From: Asterias amurensis
Taxonomy: Eukaryota
Assembly: GCF_032118995.1 (NCBI RefSeq)
Contig: NC_092661.1
Coordinates: 18,173,185 to 18,237,184, forward strand
Reading direction: 5' to 3'
Length of the DNA: 64,000 bases
Shown: in pieces, positions 1 through 11,995 of the stretch
Position numbering within the stretch: position 1 is the first letter of the stretch
How the letters are laid out: the number at the start of each line of letters is the position of its first letter
Notes under the pieces: generated by a model
Told to the model about the DNA's origin: nothing
The model's database searches: none
The model's input: the letters and a program-made list of their open reading frames with translations, nothing else
Position numbers and translations under genes: made by a program

Positions 1-197
1 TGTAAATCATGCCTTGTAAATATGACCACTTTTATCCTTGGTGAGAAATTAAAGGTGCTAACTGTCTTGTGCTAAATCAGAACAAAAAGCAAGTGTTTTG
101 TTTGGTAGGTTCATACATGCAGTTAATTTGTTTTAAGTTCAAGATGTTTTGTTGCACCCTTCATGTTTGGGGTTAAATTACCAAGCAGTATAGAGCG

Positions 198-586
198 TTA
201 AAGGGAGCGGACACAATTGGTAATTACTCAAAATAATTGTTAGCACAAAAACTTACTTGGTAACGAGCAATGTAGAGCTGCTGATAGCATAAAACATTGT
301 GAGAAACGGCTCCCTCAGAAGTAACGTGTTTCGAGAAAGAAATAATTTTCCACGAATTTGATTATGAGACCTCAGAATTCGATTTTGAGGTCCCGAAATC
401 AAGCATCTGAAAGCACACAATCTTGTATTACAAGGGTGTTTTTTTTTCTTCCAATTTTATCGCACATCTTCGACGACCAATTGAGCTCGAATGTTCACAT
501 GGTTTGTTATTTTGTGCATATGTTGAGATACACCAAGTGAGATTACTGGTCTTCAACAATTACCAAACGTGTCCAGTGCCTTTAAG
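198..586 (+). mobile_element. MITE family A (about 380-400 bp). Its terminal inverted repeats read CTTAAAGGCAsTGGACACnnTTGGTAATT.
   Basis: The two ends (TTAAAGGGAGCGGACACAATTGGTAATTAC and its reverse complement CAATTACCAAACGTGTCCAGTGCCTTTAAG) are inverted copies of each other. The same element occurs eight times in the window. Confidence 0.75.
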
Positions 587-989
587 TCAAGTGACACAAC
601 ACTAAATGTTTATTTGAAGAACAATTGTTTTCTAATTAACTTAAAATTATACTGATTTAGCTTCACTAATCACCCATGGTCCTAAAAGAGTATGTGAACC
701 ATTTTGATATAGGTCCTACTACATTAAAAGCAGCCTTTTCCTCAATTTAATAGGGTGAATGTGTGCCTGGTAAGTGGTAACAAGAGGCTAGTTTGAATCC
801 TAAACTTAAAAAAAGTTACAATTACATGTACAATGTACATAATTGTGTTTGATGAACACACTGCATAGCTTATAGTTTTAGGTAGGAGAGTGCCCTGGCA
901 ATTCAACGGCGCGCACAAGGGATTTTCTACCCCCTGGTAATCCAATGGTGTTACTGTTTGTTTACGATATGCAAAACTTTGTGCACCCT

Positions 990-1312
990 GGCCAATCACT
1001 TGTTCTCATTTTTCTGACGTCCTGCCCCTTTCGACAATACACCAATGTGATTGGCCAACACGAAATTGACAACAAAATGTAGCTTGAGGCTTGCCGGTCT
1101 TAGTCTGGTGCCAATAACCTCTCCCCTAATTTTCCATGCGTTATAACCATGAGAGTCGGGGCATCTGGTAGCAGGACATGTGCGTACGCGGCCTTTCTGA
1201 ATCTTCTGTACAACCACGAGTCGTGTCCAAATCTTCGTCAGAAATATCAAAAAGCATCATGCAAAATAATAAATGTACCTCAAAACTGACGAAACAACAA
1301 TGAAAGGTAAGT
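990..1312 (+). promoter_or_regulatory. Promoter-like cluster followed by a minimal first coding exon of an unidentified plus-strand gene. The cluster has three CCAAT motifs (one inverted), a CRE-like TGACGTC and a TATAA box. The exon reads ATG AAA G|gtaagt.
   Basis: A CCAAT sits at 992-996 (gccaatcac) and another at 1042-1046. An inverted CCAAT (gattgg) is at 1049-1054. TGACGTC is at 1014-1020 and TATAA at 1142-1146. ACAACAATGAAAG at 1294-1306 is followed immediately by the consensus donor gtaagt at 1307-1312. Confidence 0.3.
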
Positions 1313-2475
1313 TTTCATGCATCCATTTTGTGTAGAACTACAAATTAGTTCAGTCTGGAAAATGAGTTATCTACCAAAAGGGTGTTTTGAAATTGTCACC
1401 TTTTCCAAACGTCTGCCCATCATTGTCATATCATGGTAATTTATTCCTCCATGGTCATATCGTTTTCCAGTTTGTTAACGAAAAAAAAAACAAGTTTGGT
1501 ACTATAAGAAAGGTTATCTCAAACGTAATCTATTGTAGTAAAATCAATCATTTATTTTAAAAGGTTGCGGAAATATTATATTTTAATGTATTTTTGTACT
1601 TGGTTTTTGTCTGTCAGACCATTCTCAAAATCATATCAATTGTCAAACAAATGTCCCCATATGGACAGCTTCAATACACGTAAGTCCATAGTCTGCCAAA
1701 ATATCTGTCAGGACCCCCTCCTCTAAATCTTAAATGCGCAGCTATGAGCAGCTACCTAAGCAAAGAAATTGAGGTTTTTTGATGTAAATTTATGTGTAAA
1801 ACCTCAACTTTTTGTAACAAAATAAAATGAACGATATCAAAACAGTATAAAATATCAATCAATTTCTATCAACTTTGGAACCTATCAATTCCTCAGACCT
1901 TTCTCTACTCAAATATCAACATATCCCACGTGACCTTAGGCTATCAAGGCCACAAGAGGGCTCACTTAAAAAAAAAAAAAACATTTTCGACACAAAATCG
2001 ATTGAGTTTTCCCGCGACCAAAAATGGGCTCTCTGTTACGCGCTAATTTTCTTATTTTCAACTCTGTGTTTTTCGTTTAAAATTCCAATCAATCGAGAAA
2101 AAACTGCTTAATTGTGAAACTAAATGTCTTCAGCTAACCACAGATGATTTTGTACATCAAAATTCGCACTTAAATGATGTCATTTGCTTTGGGTGAATTT
2201 TCACAAGCACTTTTCGTGTACAAACAGATATAAATCACGATTGAAGCCTTTCCGTCGACCTCCCTACATCATATGCTGTTACACAAAAGTGCAAGTGTAA
2301 CTAATGCAATGTGTCGACCTAGCCATAGAGTAAGGACCAAAGGTCTTTGCTCTATGACCTAACCAACCGTAACGTACATGTACGCATTATTTATTTATGC
2401 CATTGAGTAGAAACCATAGTATAGTGCACAGCACCAAGTGAACGGTAATTTTTCTTGCAGCCCTTTTGTAACACT

Positions 2476-3372
2476 GATAAGCGATAGACGTAGACTTGAT
2501 TCAAGTCCCATTCTCGTGTGAGAGGTCCCTAAGCATATCATGGCAACTTACTATCAAACAAACCGTAGCATACAGTACAGTGCGCGCTCGCCAACAAATT
2601 GTGGTCACGAGAATGGGACTTAACGAGGTCGTTTCTTACTCTGCACGTCGTTATTGGAAAATCTCCCCACCCAAATGGGGAGATGTACAAAACCAATGGG
2701 AGCGTGGAAGCGCTGCCCAGCCGGTAAAATATTCATTATACTCTGTAAGGAAAAGTTTCCGTATGGCGCCACCACTTTTTCATTCAAAATAAAATAATAT
2801 AGTATCTAATTTACCTGATTGATATATCCCTTTTTGTAAAAATGAGTGAAAAAGTGGTGGCGCCATACGGAAAGTTATCCCTCTGCTACATCACAGTTAC
2901 AGTGCAAGACATTGTAAGGCACGCGTCTAGACGTGGGGCGGGCAAACTCATCAGCAGGCAGGGGGGTGTCGGTATTTATACATGTAAGTCGTTGAATTGC
3001 ACTTCCCAAAATTCAAATTAACCAAACCGACCCTAACGTATGTTACAACGTATCAACTTAAATTCAATGAACATTTAGTGCTTTCTTTTTTATAATTAAT
3101 TGGTTATTTAAAAATTTATTTCAATCGTCAACTAAGTACTTAACCCACAAAAATAACAAATGAAATAGTCTTCTTTTTGAGTTCGTTTGATTGGTCAACA
3201 CGTAACACGCATCTGCTACATATTCATATATGAATACATTTACATATCAGGCTACTGCGACATCGTCAAGTCCCTGTCCCGCGTGCGGAACAGGTTTGGG
3301 AATGCAGAGCATCACAAAGCAGTAGTTTTCTGGCGGTGGCACGGGATTGGGACTTGAGTCAAGTCTACGATA
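2476..3372. mobile_element. Element of about 900 bp bounded by terminal inverted repeats (CGATAGACGTAGACTTGATTCAAGTCCCATTC), with a hairpin MITE nested inside at 2750-2880.
   Basis: The left end GCGATAGACGTAGACTTGATTCAAGTCCCATTCTCG at 2476 matches the right end CGGGATTGGGACTTGAGTCAAGTCTACGATAGACGG at 3337-3372 in reverse complement. Confidence 0.6.
2750..2880. mobile_element. Hairpin MITE (AAAAGTTTCCGTATGGCGCCACCACTTTTTCA ... inverted)
   Basis: It is a near-perfect 130-bp palindrome. A second copy lies at 44740-44888. Confidence 0.75.
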
Positions 3373-3959
3373 GACGGAAACAACAGGTCAACGCGTACCT
3401 AATTAATTCAATTCGTACTTAACTGATCATGCTCGGGTCTCGTGGGGGGGAGGCATTGCTCCAAAAGGGGGGGGGGGGCTAGGGAAATGAGTCTGTGTGG
3501 GGGGGGGTCATGAATGCTTTAATTGGATGGTTACGATGCAGGTTATGATTTTTTCGCAGATTGAGATCTATTCAGGACACATTTGGTTTGTACCAAAAAT
3601 GCATTTCCCTTTTCGAGGGGAACACCTGGGGGGGGGGGTGGGGAACGTGCTCGCTCTGGTCTATAGCAATTTCTTAAATAAGGTCGGTACATCGGGAATT
3701 TTGTTTACTTTTTTATTTTTCTAAGTTTGACAAGTGTCAACATTTCACTAATCTCTCATCTTTAATCAGAAATTGTAAGTTTACCTCTGTAATCAATCAG
3801 TCATATAAGAAACTTCATTATTTTTCAAAGATTTTACAACCGACTCAATTTTAGACCCAAACAATGACCCAAGTCTGATAAAAACGCCAGACTTATATCC
3901 CTTGTATTGTTTTCAGATTTTGACCCAAACTTGTTTAGTTTTGCAATTTTTATTCACAT

Positions 3960-5640
3960 TTTGGAGGCACCCAATGAAACTGTTTCATTTATTTCAGATA
4001 ATTAATGTTGTCTATTTATTATGTTTTCCTGCAGTATGGTACAGCTTCCAGTGATAACCAATAAGAGTTCCAGCTCCCATCTCAAAAGTAATCTTTTAAA
4101 AGGTATGTACAAGATAAGTGTTAAGACAGGTGCAGCGATTATTCTGTAGTGTCACAAATTTTGTGATTCTGGTGGTCTTTATGCTAAGAATCAAATAAGG
4201 TTTAACAATTAGTACAATTGGCTAAAATAAAACGTTAAATACTGATATGCTTTGAATCAAGATAAGGTAGAACATTTGAATTGATGAATAAAAAATTTAC
4301 AAATTTAATTAAAATATTGGACTTACCCATTGTTTTTTTTTAATTTTTCCCCAAAAGTGATTAAAAAAATGCTGGACTTGTGATTTTGTTAATAATTGTA
4401 TAACTAAACATAGACTTAAGTTTAATTAAAATGTTTTACCCAAATTTTATTAAAATGCTGGACTTGCTTGCCCTTTGTAAGATGTGATGTGTGGTGTGTG
4501 TAGCATCCTGCTCATCTCAAGTACCCACTTGTTTCGACAAGCCTACCCTTTGAAAATTTGATTAAAATGCTGGACTCTCCTCTAGTCTTGTGCTGTTTTC
4601 AATAAAATGCTGAGTTAAGGTCTACCAGTGGTAAATTTTTGTTTAAATTGACCCAAGTTTGATACTTACTGTTGTCATGGAGTACATGTATCCATGTGTA
4701 TAGTTTTGTGTTTTCCTGCAGTATGGTTTGTTGGCTTTCGGTGAAATCACCCATCTTCCAAGGATGAGTTCCAGTGCCCATCTCAAAAGCCATCGTTTAA
4801 AAGGTATGTTCAAGAAAGGCCCAAGTGTTTAATGTTAAGCCAAGGAGCAGAGTTTGTTCTTAACTTCACATTTTGTGATTCTTATGGTCTTTATGCTTAA
4901 AATCAAGTATTGTTTAACAACTGGTACAATTGGCTAAAATAAAACTTCAAATACTGATAGGCTTTGAATCCATATTTGTTTCATATTTTCAGGATTTTCT
5001 TTACACTTCTTGTTCGGTTTAATTTACGTCAAATATCAACAGTGTTACCCAAATCCAATTTTAGGCAACTAGCCCCATACCACACTGGTTAACGGTTCAC
5101 TGTTGGATGTTTAGATCCCCGTTACGTGGAAGATTGATCTTGGCATATAATTCCCAAGAAAGAACATTTTAGTGGTGACAAAACTCTCTGTGAACCACTC
5201 GGAGAAATTGACAATTTTTGACTCAATTATGGTTTACAAATTCTACCAATTTGGTTTAAATATTTGAGTTACTCCTTGTGATTTTTGTTCAATCTTACCC
5301 AAACTTTTCGACCAAAATTTGATTAAAATGCTGAACTCGGGCCTATCCAATGGGGCTTTTTTTTTTAATTAACAAAAAGTTTGATTAAATTGCAGAACCG
5401 AAGCCAGCCCTACCCCTTGTATTTTTTGCAATTTTCGATCCAAATTTTGGAGGCACTCAATATAACTGATATGTGTCATTCAGATAAGTCCTTGTCCTCA
5501 AGAACATGTATTCATGTGTATTTTTGTGTGTTTTCCTGCAGTGTGGTACGGATTCCAGTGAGATCACCCATCTACCTAGAATAAGAGTTCCAACGCCCAT
5601 ATCAAAAGTAGTCTTTTATGCAGAAGATGAGTGTTTAATA
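3960..5640 (+). repeat. Tandem segmental repeat of about 700-800 bp, in 3 copies. Each copy carries a pseudo-exon flanked by splice sites (ttttcctgcag|TRTGGT...AAAAG|gtatgt) and degenerate ATTAAAATGCTGGACT submotifs.
   Basis: The pseudo-exons lie at 4033-4097, 4727-4801 and 5537-5600. The flanking sequence gtatgtNcaag...tgtgattctNNtggtctttatgct...aattggctaaaataaaac is conserved between copies. No reading frame is conserved across the copies. Confidence 0.6.
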
Positions 5641-5802
5641 GTTAAGACAAAGTGAAATACCGATGGGAAATCAATCAAAACATCCATGGGTAACGAGCGA
5701 TAAAGAAAAAGGCAATTCCTAACTTTGAAGGAGCTTGGACACATGAGACCAAGCCATGTGGAACTTGTACTTCCTGCTAGGGTCACAACATGTTGTTGAT
5801 CT

Positions 5803-6138
5803 TAAAGGAACATGTTGCCTTGGTTTGGTCGAGTTAAAGCGTTTAAAAAAGTTTGTATTGTTATGAAATTGTTATGATTAGAAAGAGTTTTTAAAAGTTA
5901 TGATCCACTCAAATATGCCTCGAAATTGCGTGGTTTTTCCTTTTAACTTGCAAACTGACAAGGTCGGCCATTATAGAGTCAAAAGTCAAAACCTTGACTC
6001 CACAAAATGGCGTGTCGTGTTAAATTCACGATGTATAAGGAAAACCATTCAATTTCGAGGCATATTTGTGTGAATCATTATATTATACTTTTCATAGACC
6101 AACTTGCCCAATCCAAGGCAACGTGTCCCTTTAAAGGT
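5803..6138. mobile_element. Palindromic MITE family E (TIR AAAGGAACAYGTTGCCTTGGWTYGGTCGAG)
   Basis: It runs from CTTAAAGGAACATGTTGCCTTGGTTTGGTCGAG to CCAATCCAAGGCAACGTGTCCCTTTAAAG. The second copy, at 56976-57379, is longer. Confidence 0.7.
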
Positions 6139-6231
6139 GCATCAGGCTCTCCTTAGGGAGATGGTTCTGGCATATTACCACAAATGGCAAACGGAAATAG
6201 TCCCTGTAAAGTGAGGAGTAGAGGACTGCCC

Positions 6232-6473
6232 TGGGTCCAATTTCATAGAGCTGCTAAGCACAAAATTTGCTAAGCAAAAAATTTCTTCCTTGATAAAAAC
6301 AGGGTTACCAACCAAATTTCTACGTGATTTTCAGGATAAGCAAACAACAGCTGAATACCAGTAAATAAGCAATAAGCAACAAAAAGAAAATTGGTTGGTA
6401 ATCCTGTTTTTATCAAGGAGGAAATTTTATGCTAAGCAATTTTGCGTGCTTAGCAGCTCTATGAAATTGGGCC
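6232..6473. mobile_element. MITE family C (about 240 bp). Its terminal inverted repeats read GGCCCAATTTCATAGAGCTGCTTAGCA.
   Basis: It runs from GGGTCCAATTTCATAGAGCTGCTAAGCAC to GTGCTTAGCAGCTCTATGAAATTGGGCC, and the internal stem is also palindromic. Confidence 0.8.
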
Positions 6474-6839
6474 ATAGTAATTGGGGTGGCTGACTAAACT
6501 CTTCCGAAATGGAGGCGCAATGACCTTGACGATCTCTGAGTATGTGATGGGGCTGGTGCTAAGACTAACCTTACCAGAATAAAATTAGGAAATTTATACA
6601 CACAATCAGGACAACACTAAACATTATTTTGTTCCTATGTTTCTTGTTTATTTAATGATCAGATTTACAGTTAATGTTGAAAAGAGTGGATGCAGAATAA
6701 ATCACAATTAATACAGATTAAATTAAACAGAACTTTGTTTATTTGTGTCCGAGTTTGTATTTGAAGTAATAGTACAAAATTACTAGTTAATAAAAAAATC
6801 CTTAATTTATGAAATAGATAAATGCCAAAATGTTTGCTC

Positions 6840-9060
6840 AAAAAGGCCCATTTTTAAATTTTGGGCCAAAAATAGAATGGTCCGAAATCACTCAAAAGGA
6901 AGAACAAGTTTAACCCCTTGCGGTTTTTTTCACTAAAAATTTTTGCTCAAAAAGGCCCATTTTTAAAATTTGACCCCAAACTAGAGTGGTCCAAAATCAC
7001 TCAAAAGAACAAGTTTAACCCCTTGCAGTTTTTTTCGCTCAAAATCTTGGCACAAAAAGGCCCATTTTTAAAATTTGGGCCAAAAATAGAATGGTCCGAA
7101 ATCACTCAAAAGAACAAGTTTAACCCCTTGCAGTTTTTTTCACTCAAAATCTTGGCTCAAAAAGGCCCTTTTTTAAAATTTGGGCCAAAAATAGAATGGT
7201 CCGAATCACTCGAAAGAACAAGTTAAACCCCTTGCAGTTTTTTTCACTCAAAATCTTGGCTCAAAAAGGCCCATTTTTAAAATTTGGGCCAAAAATAGAA
7301 TGGTCCGAAATCACTCGAAAGAACAAGTTTAACCCCTTGCAGTTTTTTTCGCTCAAAATCTTGGCTCAAAAAGGCCCGTTTTTAAAATTTGGCCCCAAAA
7401 ATAGAATGGTCCGAAATCACTCAAAAGAACAAGTTTAACCCCTTGCAGTTTTTTTCACTCAAAATCTTGGCTCAAAAAGGCCCATTTTTAAAATTTGGGC
7501 CAAAAATAGAATGGTCCCAAATCAGTCGAAAGAACAAGTTTAACCCCTTGCAGTTTTTTTCACTCAAAATCTTGGCTCAAAAAGGCCCATTTTTAAAATT
7601 TGACCCCAAACTAGAGTGGTCCGAAATCACTCAAAAGAACAAGTTTAACCCCTTGCAGTTTTTTTCACTCAAAATCTTGGCTCAAAAAGGCCCATTTTTA
7701 AAATTTGGGCCAAAAAAAAAATGGTCCGAAATCACTCGAAAGAACAAGTTTAACCCCTTGCAGTTTTTTTCGCTCAAAATCTTGGCTCAAAAAGGCCCAT
7801 TTTTAAAATTTGGCCCCAAAAATAGAATGGTCCGAAATCACTCAAAAGAACAAGTTTAACCCCTTGCAGTTTTTTTCACTCAAAATCTTCGCTCAAAAAG
7901 GCCCATTTTTAAAATTTGGGCCAAAAATAGAATGGTCCCAAATCAGTCGAAAGAACAAGTTTAACCCCTTGCAGTTTTTTTCGCACAAAATCTTGGCTCA
8001 AAAAGGCCCATTTTTAAAATTTGACCCCAAACTAGAGTGGTCCGAGAAATCACTCAAAAGAACAAGTTTAACCCCTTGCAGTTTTTTTCACTCAAAATCT
8101 TGGCACAAAAAGGCCCATTTTTAAAATTTGACCCCAAACTAGAGTGGTCCGAAATCACTCAAAAGAACAAGTTTAACCCCTTGCAGTTTTTTTCGCTCAA
8201 AATCTTGGCTCAAAAAGGCCCATTTTTAAAAATTTTGCCCCAAAAATAGAATGGTCCGAAATCACTCGAAAGAACAAGTTTAACCCCTTGCAGTTTTTTT
8301 CGCTCAAAATCTTGGCTCAAAAAGGCCCATTTTTAAAATTTGGGCCAAAAATAGAATGGTCCCAAATCACTCGAAAGAACAAGTTTAACCCCTTGCAGTT
8401 TTTTTCACTCAAAATCTTGGCACAAAAAGGCCCATTTTTAAAATTTGACCCCAAACTAGAGTGGTCCGAAATCACTCAAAAGAACAAGTTTAACCCCTTG
8501 CAGTTTTTTTCACTCAAAATCTTGGCTCAAAAAGGCCCATTTTTAAAATTGTGGCCAAAAATAGAATGGTCCGAAATCACTCAAAAGAACAAGTTTAACC
8601 CCTTGCAGTTTTTTTTGCACAAAATCTTGGCTCAAAAAAGCCCGTTTTTAAAATTTGGCCCCAAAAATAGAATGGTCCGAAATCACTCGAAAGAACAAGT
8701 TTAACCCCTTGCAGTTTTTTTCGCTCAAAATCTTGGCACAAAAAGGCCCATTTTTAAAATTTGACCCCAAACTAGAGTGGTCCGAAATCACTCAAAAGAA
8801 CAAGTTTAACCCCTTGCAGTTTTTTTTCACTCAAAATCTTGACTCAAAAAGGCCCATTTTTAAAATTTTGGCCAAAAATAGAATGGTCCGAAATCACTCA
8901 AAAGAACAAGTTTTGGCCCTTGCAGTTTTTTTCGCTCAAAATCTTGGCTCAAAAAGGCCCATTTTTAAAATGTGGCCCAAAAATAGAATGGTCCGAAATC
9001 ACTCAAAAGAACAAGTTTATCCCCTTGCAGTTTTTTTGCTCCAATTCTTGGCTCAAAAAG
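6840..9060. repeat. Satellite array with a 105-bp unit, in about 21 tandem copies. Two alternating unit subtypes are present (..TTTGGGCCAAAAATAGAATGG.. and ..TTTGACCCCAAACTAGAGTGG..).
   Basis: The motif AAAGGCCCATTTTTAAAATTTG recurs with a 105-bp period, for example at 6951 and 7056. Copies are near-identical. The 102-158 aa ORFs the track lists between 6918 and 9131 are periodic translations of this array. Confidence 0.9.
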
Positions 9061-9999
9061 GTCCAACTTTGGCAAAAAATATAACAGAACGGTTCAAAAA
9101 TGCTGAATCCAACAATACAAGTTATTGTTAACTAAAAGTTTTTGTAACCAAACATTTTAGCAAAATGTTTCCCCACAAACAGGTTTAGTATCACCTAAAT
9201 TCAATTAGCTTCAATTACTCCAAGACAAGTATTCCTTAGAAGCTGCATATGTGGTGCTTACCACTGTGTTGACAAGGCTGCGTTCTCTAGGATTGCTTTA
9301 CAGATTGATGTCCAGTTAATCAATGCTCAACATGGTTTCATGAGTGGGTTTCTGTAACAGCAGACAAAAATACAAGAAAAATGAATACCAGGTTAATTCT
9401 GATTCTGAATAATAACGTAATACATGTCACTCACAGCAAAACCCAATGTCATGTTCCTGCTTACCATGGGAGTACATGCTTACAGCCTGCTGTAAATGTG
9501 TCAATCTATGACCTGAACACACAAACAAGTACTGCTACAACTATCCCACAAACCAGAATAACAGAATCTGAAAGCACTTTAAATAATAACTGAAGCAGAT
9601 TCTAATTGAAAGACCCACTTTGGTCCCAAGGGTTCAATTCCTACTGTGTACAGTTTTAAGATTTCCTTTGAACATTCTAATGATTGATTGAAATTAAAAC
9701 CAAAGAACAAGAAAAATAGTTGGTGGTTGAGTGGAATGAAGCTCATGATTGTCGATATTATCCTGGGTTGTGGGGTCAACTCACATCATGTGTTATTTAT
9801 GCTGTATTGCCTAATGGTTAATTTTCTTACACCTGGGGTTCACACAGGCAGACGATATTAGCTAATAAAGAAGAGTTGGAGGTGCTGAGTATTAAAATAA
9901 ATTGTGACTGTGGCTCTTTGCTTTTCCGTTAATAATAATAATAACATCAAAGTCTCATATAGCACACGTATCTACCAAACAAGGTACTCGAGGCGCTGA

Positions 10000-11030
10000 G
10001 TATATACAAACTTTTTCTTTTTCATTGCCTGTGTCTATTCGAAGGATTTTAATAAATGAAGATGCAAGTTTCTTAAGAAGAGTTGGTGGTCCAGTGGAAG
10101 GACTCATTGACTCCAGATGCTATGGTCTTGGGTTCAATTCCCACTGTGTGATTTTACAAAGTAACTTTTTCTTTTTCATTGACTTTGTCCATTCTAAGGG
10201 TTTTAATAAACGTCAGATGCAAGTTTCTTAAGAAGAGTTGGTGGTCCAGTGGAAGGACTCATTGACTCCAGATGCTATGGTCTTGGGTTCAATTCCCACT
10301 GTGTGATTTTACCAAGTAACTTTTTCTTTTTCATTGACTTTGTCCATTCTAAGGGTTTTAATAAACGTCAGATGCAAGTTCTTAAGAAGAGTTGGTGGTC
10401 CAGTGGAAGGACTCATTGACTTTAGGCACTATGGTCCTGGGTTCATTTCCCCTTGTGTTTTCTTTTTCTTTTCAGTGCATGTGTCCATTCTAAGGGTTTT
10501 AATTAATGTCAGATGCAAGTTTCTTAAGAGGAGTTTGTGGTCCAGTGGAAGGACTCAGTGACTCCAGATGCTGTGGTCCTGGGTTCAATTCCCACTCTGT
10601 TCCTTTTCTTTTTCATTGCCTGTGTCCATTTTAAGGGTTTTAATTGATGTCAGATGAAAGTTACTTAAGAGGAGTTTGTGGTCCAGTGGAAGGACTCAGT
10701 GACTCTGGGCGCTATGGTCCTGGGTTCAATTCCCACTCTGTTCCTTTTCTTTTTCATTACCTGTGTCCATTCTAAGGGTTTTAATTAACGTCAGATGCAA
10801 GTTTCTTAAGAGGAGTTTGTGGTCCAGTGGAAGGACTCACTTACTCCAGATGCTGTGGTCCTGGGTTCGATTCCCACTCTGTTCCTTTTCTTTTTCATTG
10901 CCTGTGTCCATTCTAAGGGTTTTAATTAACGTCAGATGCAAGTTTCTTAAGAGGAGTTGGTGGTCCAGTGGAAGGACTCAGTGACTCCGGGCGCTATGGT
11001 CCTGGGTTCAATTCCCACAGTGTGTAACTC
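10000..11030. repeat. Satellite array with a unit of about 157 bp, in about 6.5 copies. Each unit carries a tRNA-like B-box/T-arm motif (GGTCCAGTGGAAGGACTCA ... GGGTTCAATTCCCAC).
   Basis: The direct repeat GTGGTCCAGTGGAAGGACTCATTGACTCCAGATGCTATGGTCTTGGGTTCAATTCCCACTGTGTG recurs at 10085, 10240, 10390, 10540, 10690, 10830 and 10960. Confidence 0.85.
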
Positions 11031-11109
11031 TGGCCTTTTTTAATAAAAACAAATTTATTTTTAAAATGCAAATTTTAGCAAAAGTAGGTTTTTCTTTTTC
11101 TTATTCTAG

Positions 11110-11215
11110 TTTCCTAAGCACGGACCTCAGGTTCGGCGTACACGCACAGGATTTGAACCGGGGTTAGTCGCTTCCTAACGCATGGTCTAACCAGTTGAGC
11201 AATCGGGTCCCCCCG
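11110..11215 (-). repeat. Degenerate tRNA-like segment (SINE head or tRNA pseudogene) between two satellite arrays.
   Basis: The minus-strand read GCTCAACTGGTTAGACCATGCG...CCCCGGTTCAAATCCTGTG shows D-arm-like and T-arm-like motifs, but the stems do not pair properly. It is not a functional tRNA. Confidence 0.3.
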
Positions 11216-11394
11216 TTAAAATGTGTTCGATTCTAATATATAAAGAATAAATTTGTACTTAAACATTTTTTCACACTTGGCTCAGTGCATTAAGTATACA
11301 GCAGGCACAGGAGTATAATTATTAGGTATTGAGACTAGACACTGTAAGGCCTATGGGGGAAGTTTGTAGTTTGTAAATTTCAAGGTAACCAACA

Positions 11395-11995
11395 GGGTGA
11401 AAAGACTGCAGACTTTGGATGGGGACTAGGTAGTGTCTTCTATGGGGAAGTTTGTACTTGTTAAATTTCACTCATTCAGCTCAATAGTAAGTAATGGGAT
11501 AAGATGACTGGATATTGGATGGGGTTTGGGTAGTGTCTTCTAAGGGGAAGTTTGTACTTGGTAAATTTCACTCATTCAGCTCAATAGTAAGTAATGGGAT
11601 GAAGTGACTGGACATTGGATGAGGTTTGGGTAGTGTCTTCTAAGGGGAAGTTTGTACTTGGTAAATTTCACTCATTCAGCTCAATAGTAAGTAATGGGAT
11701 GAAGTGACTGGACATTGGATGAGGTTTGGGTAGTGTCTTCTAAGGGGAAGTTTGTACTTGGTAAATTTCACTCATTCAGCTCAATAGTAAGTAATGGGAT
11801 GAAGTGACTGGACATTGGATGGGGTTTGGGTAGTGTCTTCTAAGGGGAAGTTTGTACTTGGTAAATTTCACTCATTCAGTTCAATAGTAAGTAATGGGAT
11901 GAAGTGACTGGATATTGGATGGGGTTTTGGGTAGTGTCTTCTAAGGGGAAGTTTGTACTTGGATGTGGACTAGGTAGTGTTTTCTAAGGGTTAGG
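11395..11995. repeat. Satellite array with a 100-bp unit, in about 5.5 copies.
   Basis: GGGTTTGGGTAGTGTCTTCTAAGGGGAAGTTTGTACTTGGTAAATTTCACTCATTCAGCTCAATAGTAAGTAATGGGATGAAGTGACTGGACATTGGATG repeats with a 100-bp period (at 11521, 11621, 11721 and 11821). Confidence 0.85.

Noticed and set aside
6918-9131. A series of long ORFs (102-158 aa) with near-identical peptide repeats (KFNPLQFFSLKILAQKGPFLKFGPKIEWSEITQKN...)
   Set aside because: They are periodic translations of the 105-bp satellite array, which happens to lack stops in one frame. The codon periodicity does not match the 105-bp unit, and there are no splice or start signals.
10000-11030. Possible cluster of tRNA genes (GGTTCAATTCC / GGTTCGATTCC T-loop motifs every 157 bp)
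   Set aside because: The units cannot be folded into a cloverleaf with a paired acceptor and anticodon stems. They are tandem satellite copies of a tRNA-derived fragment.
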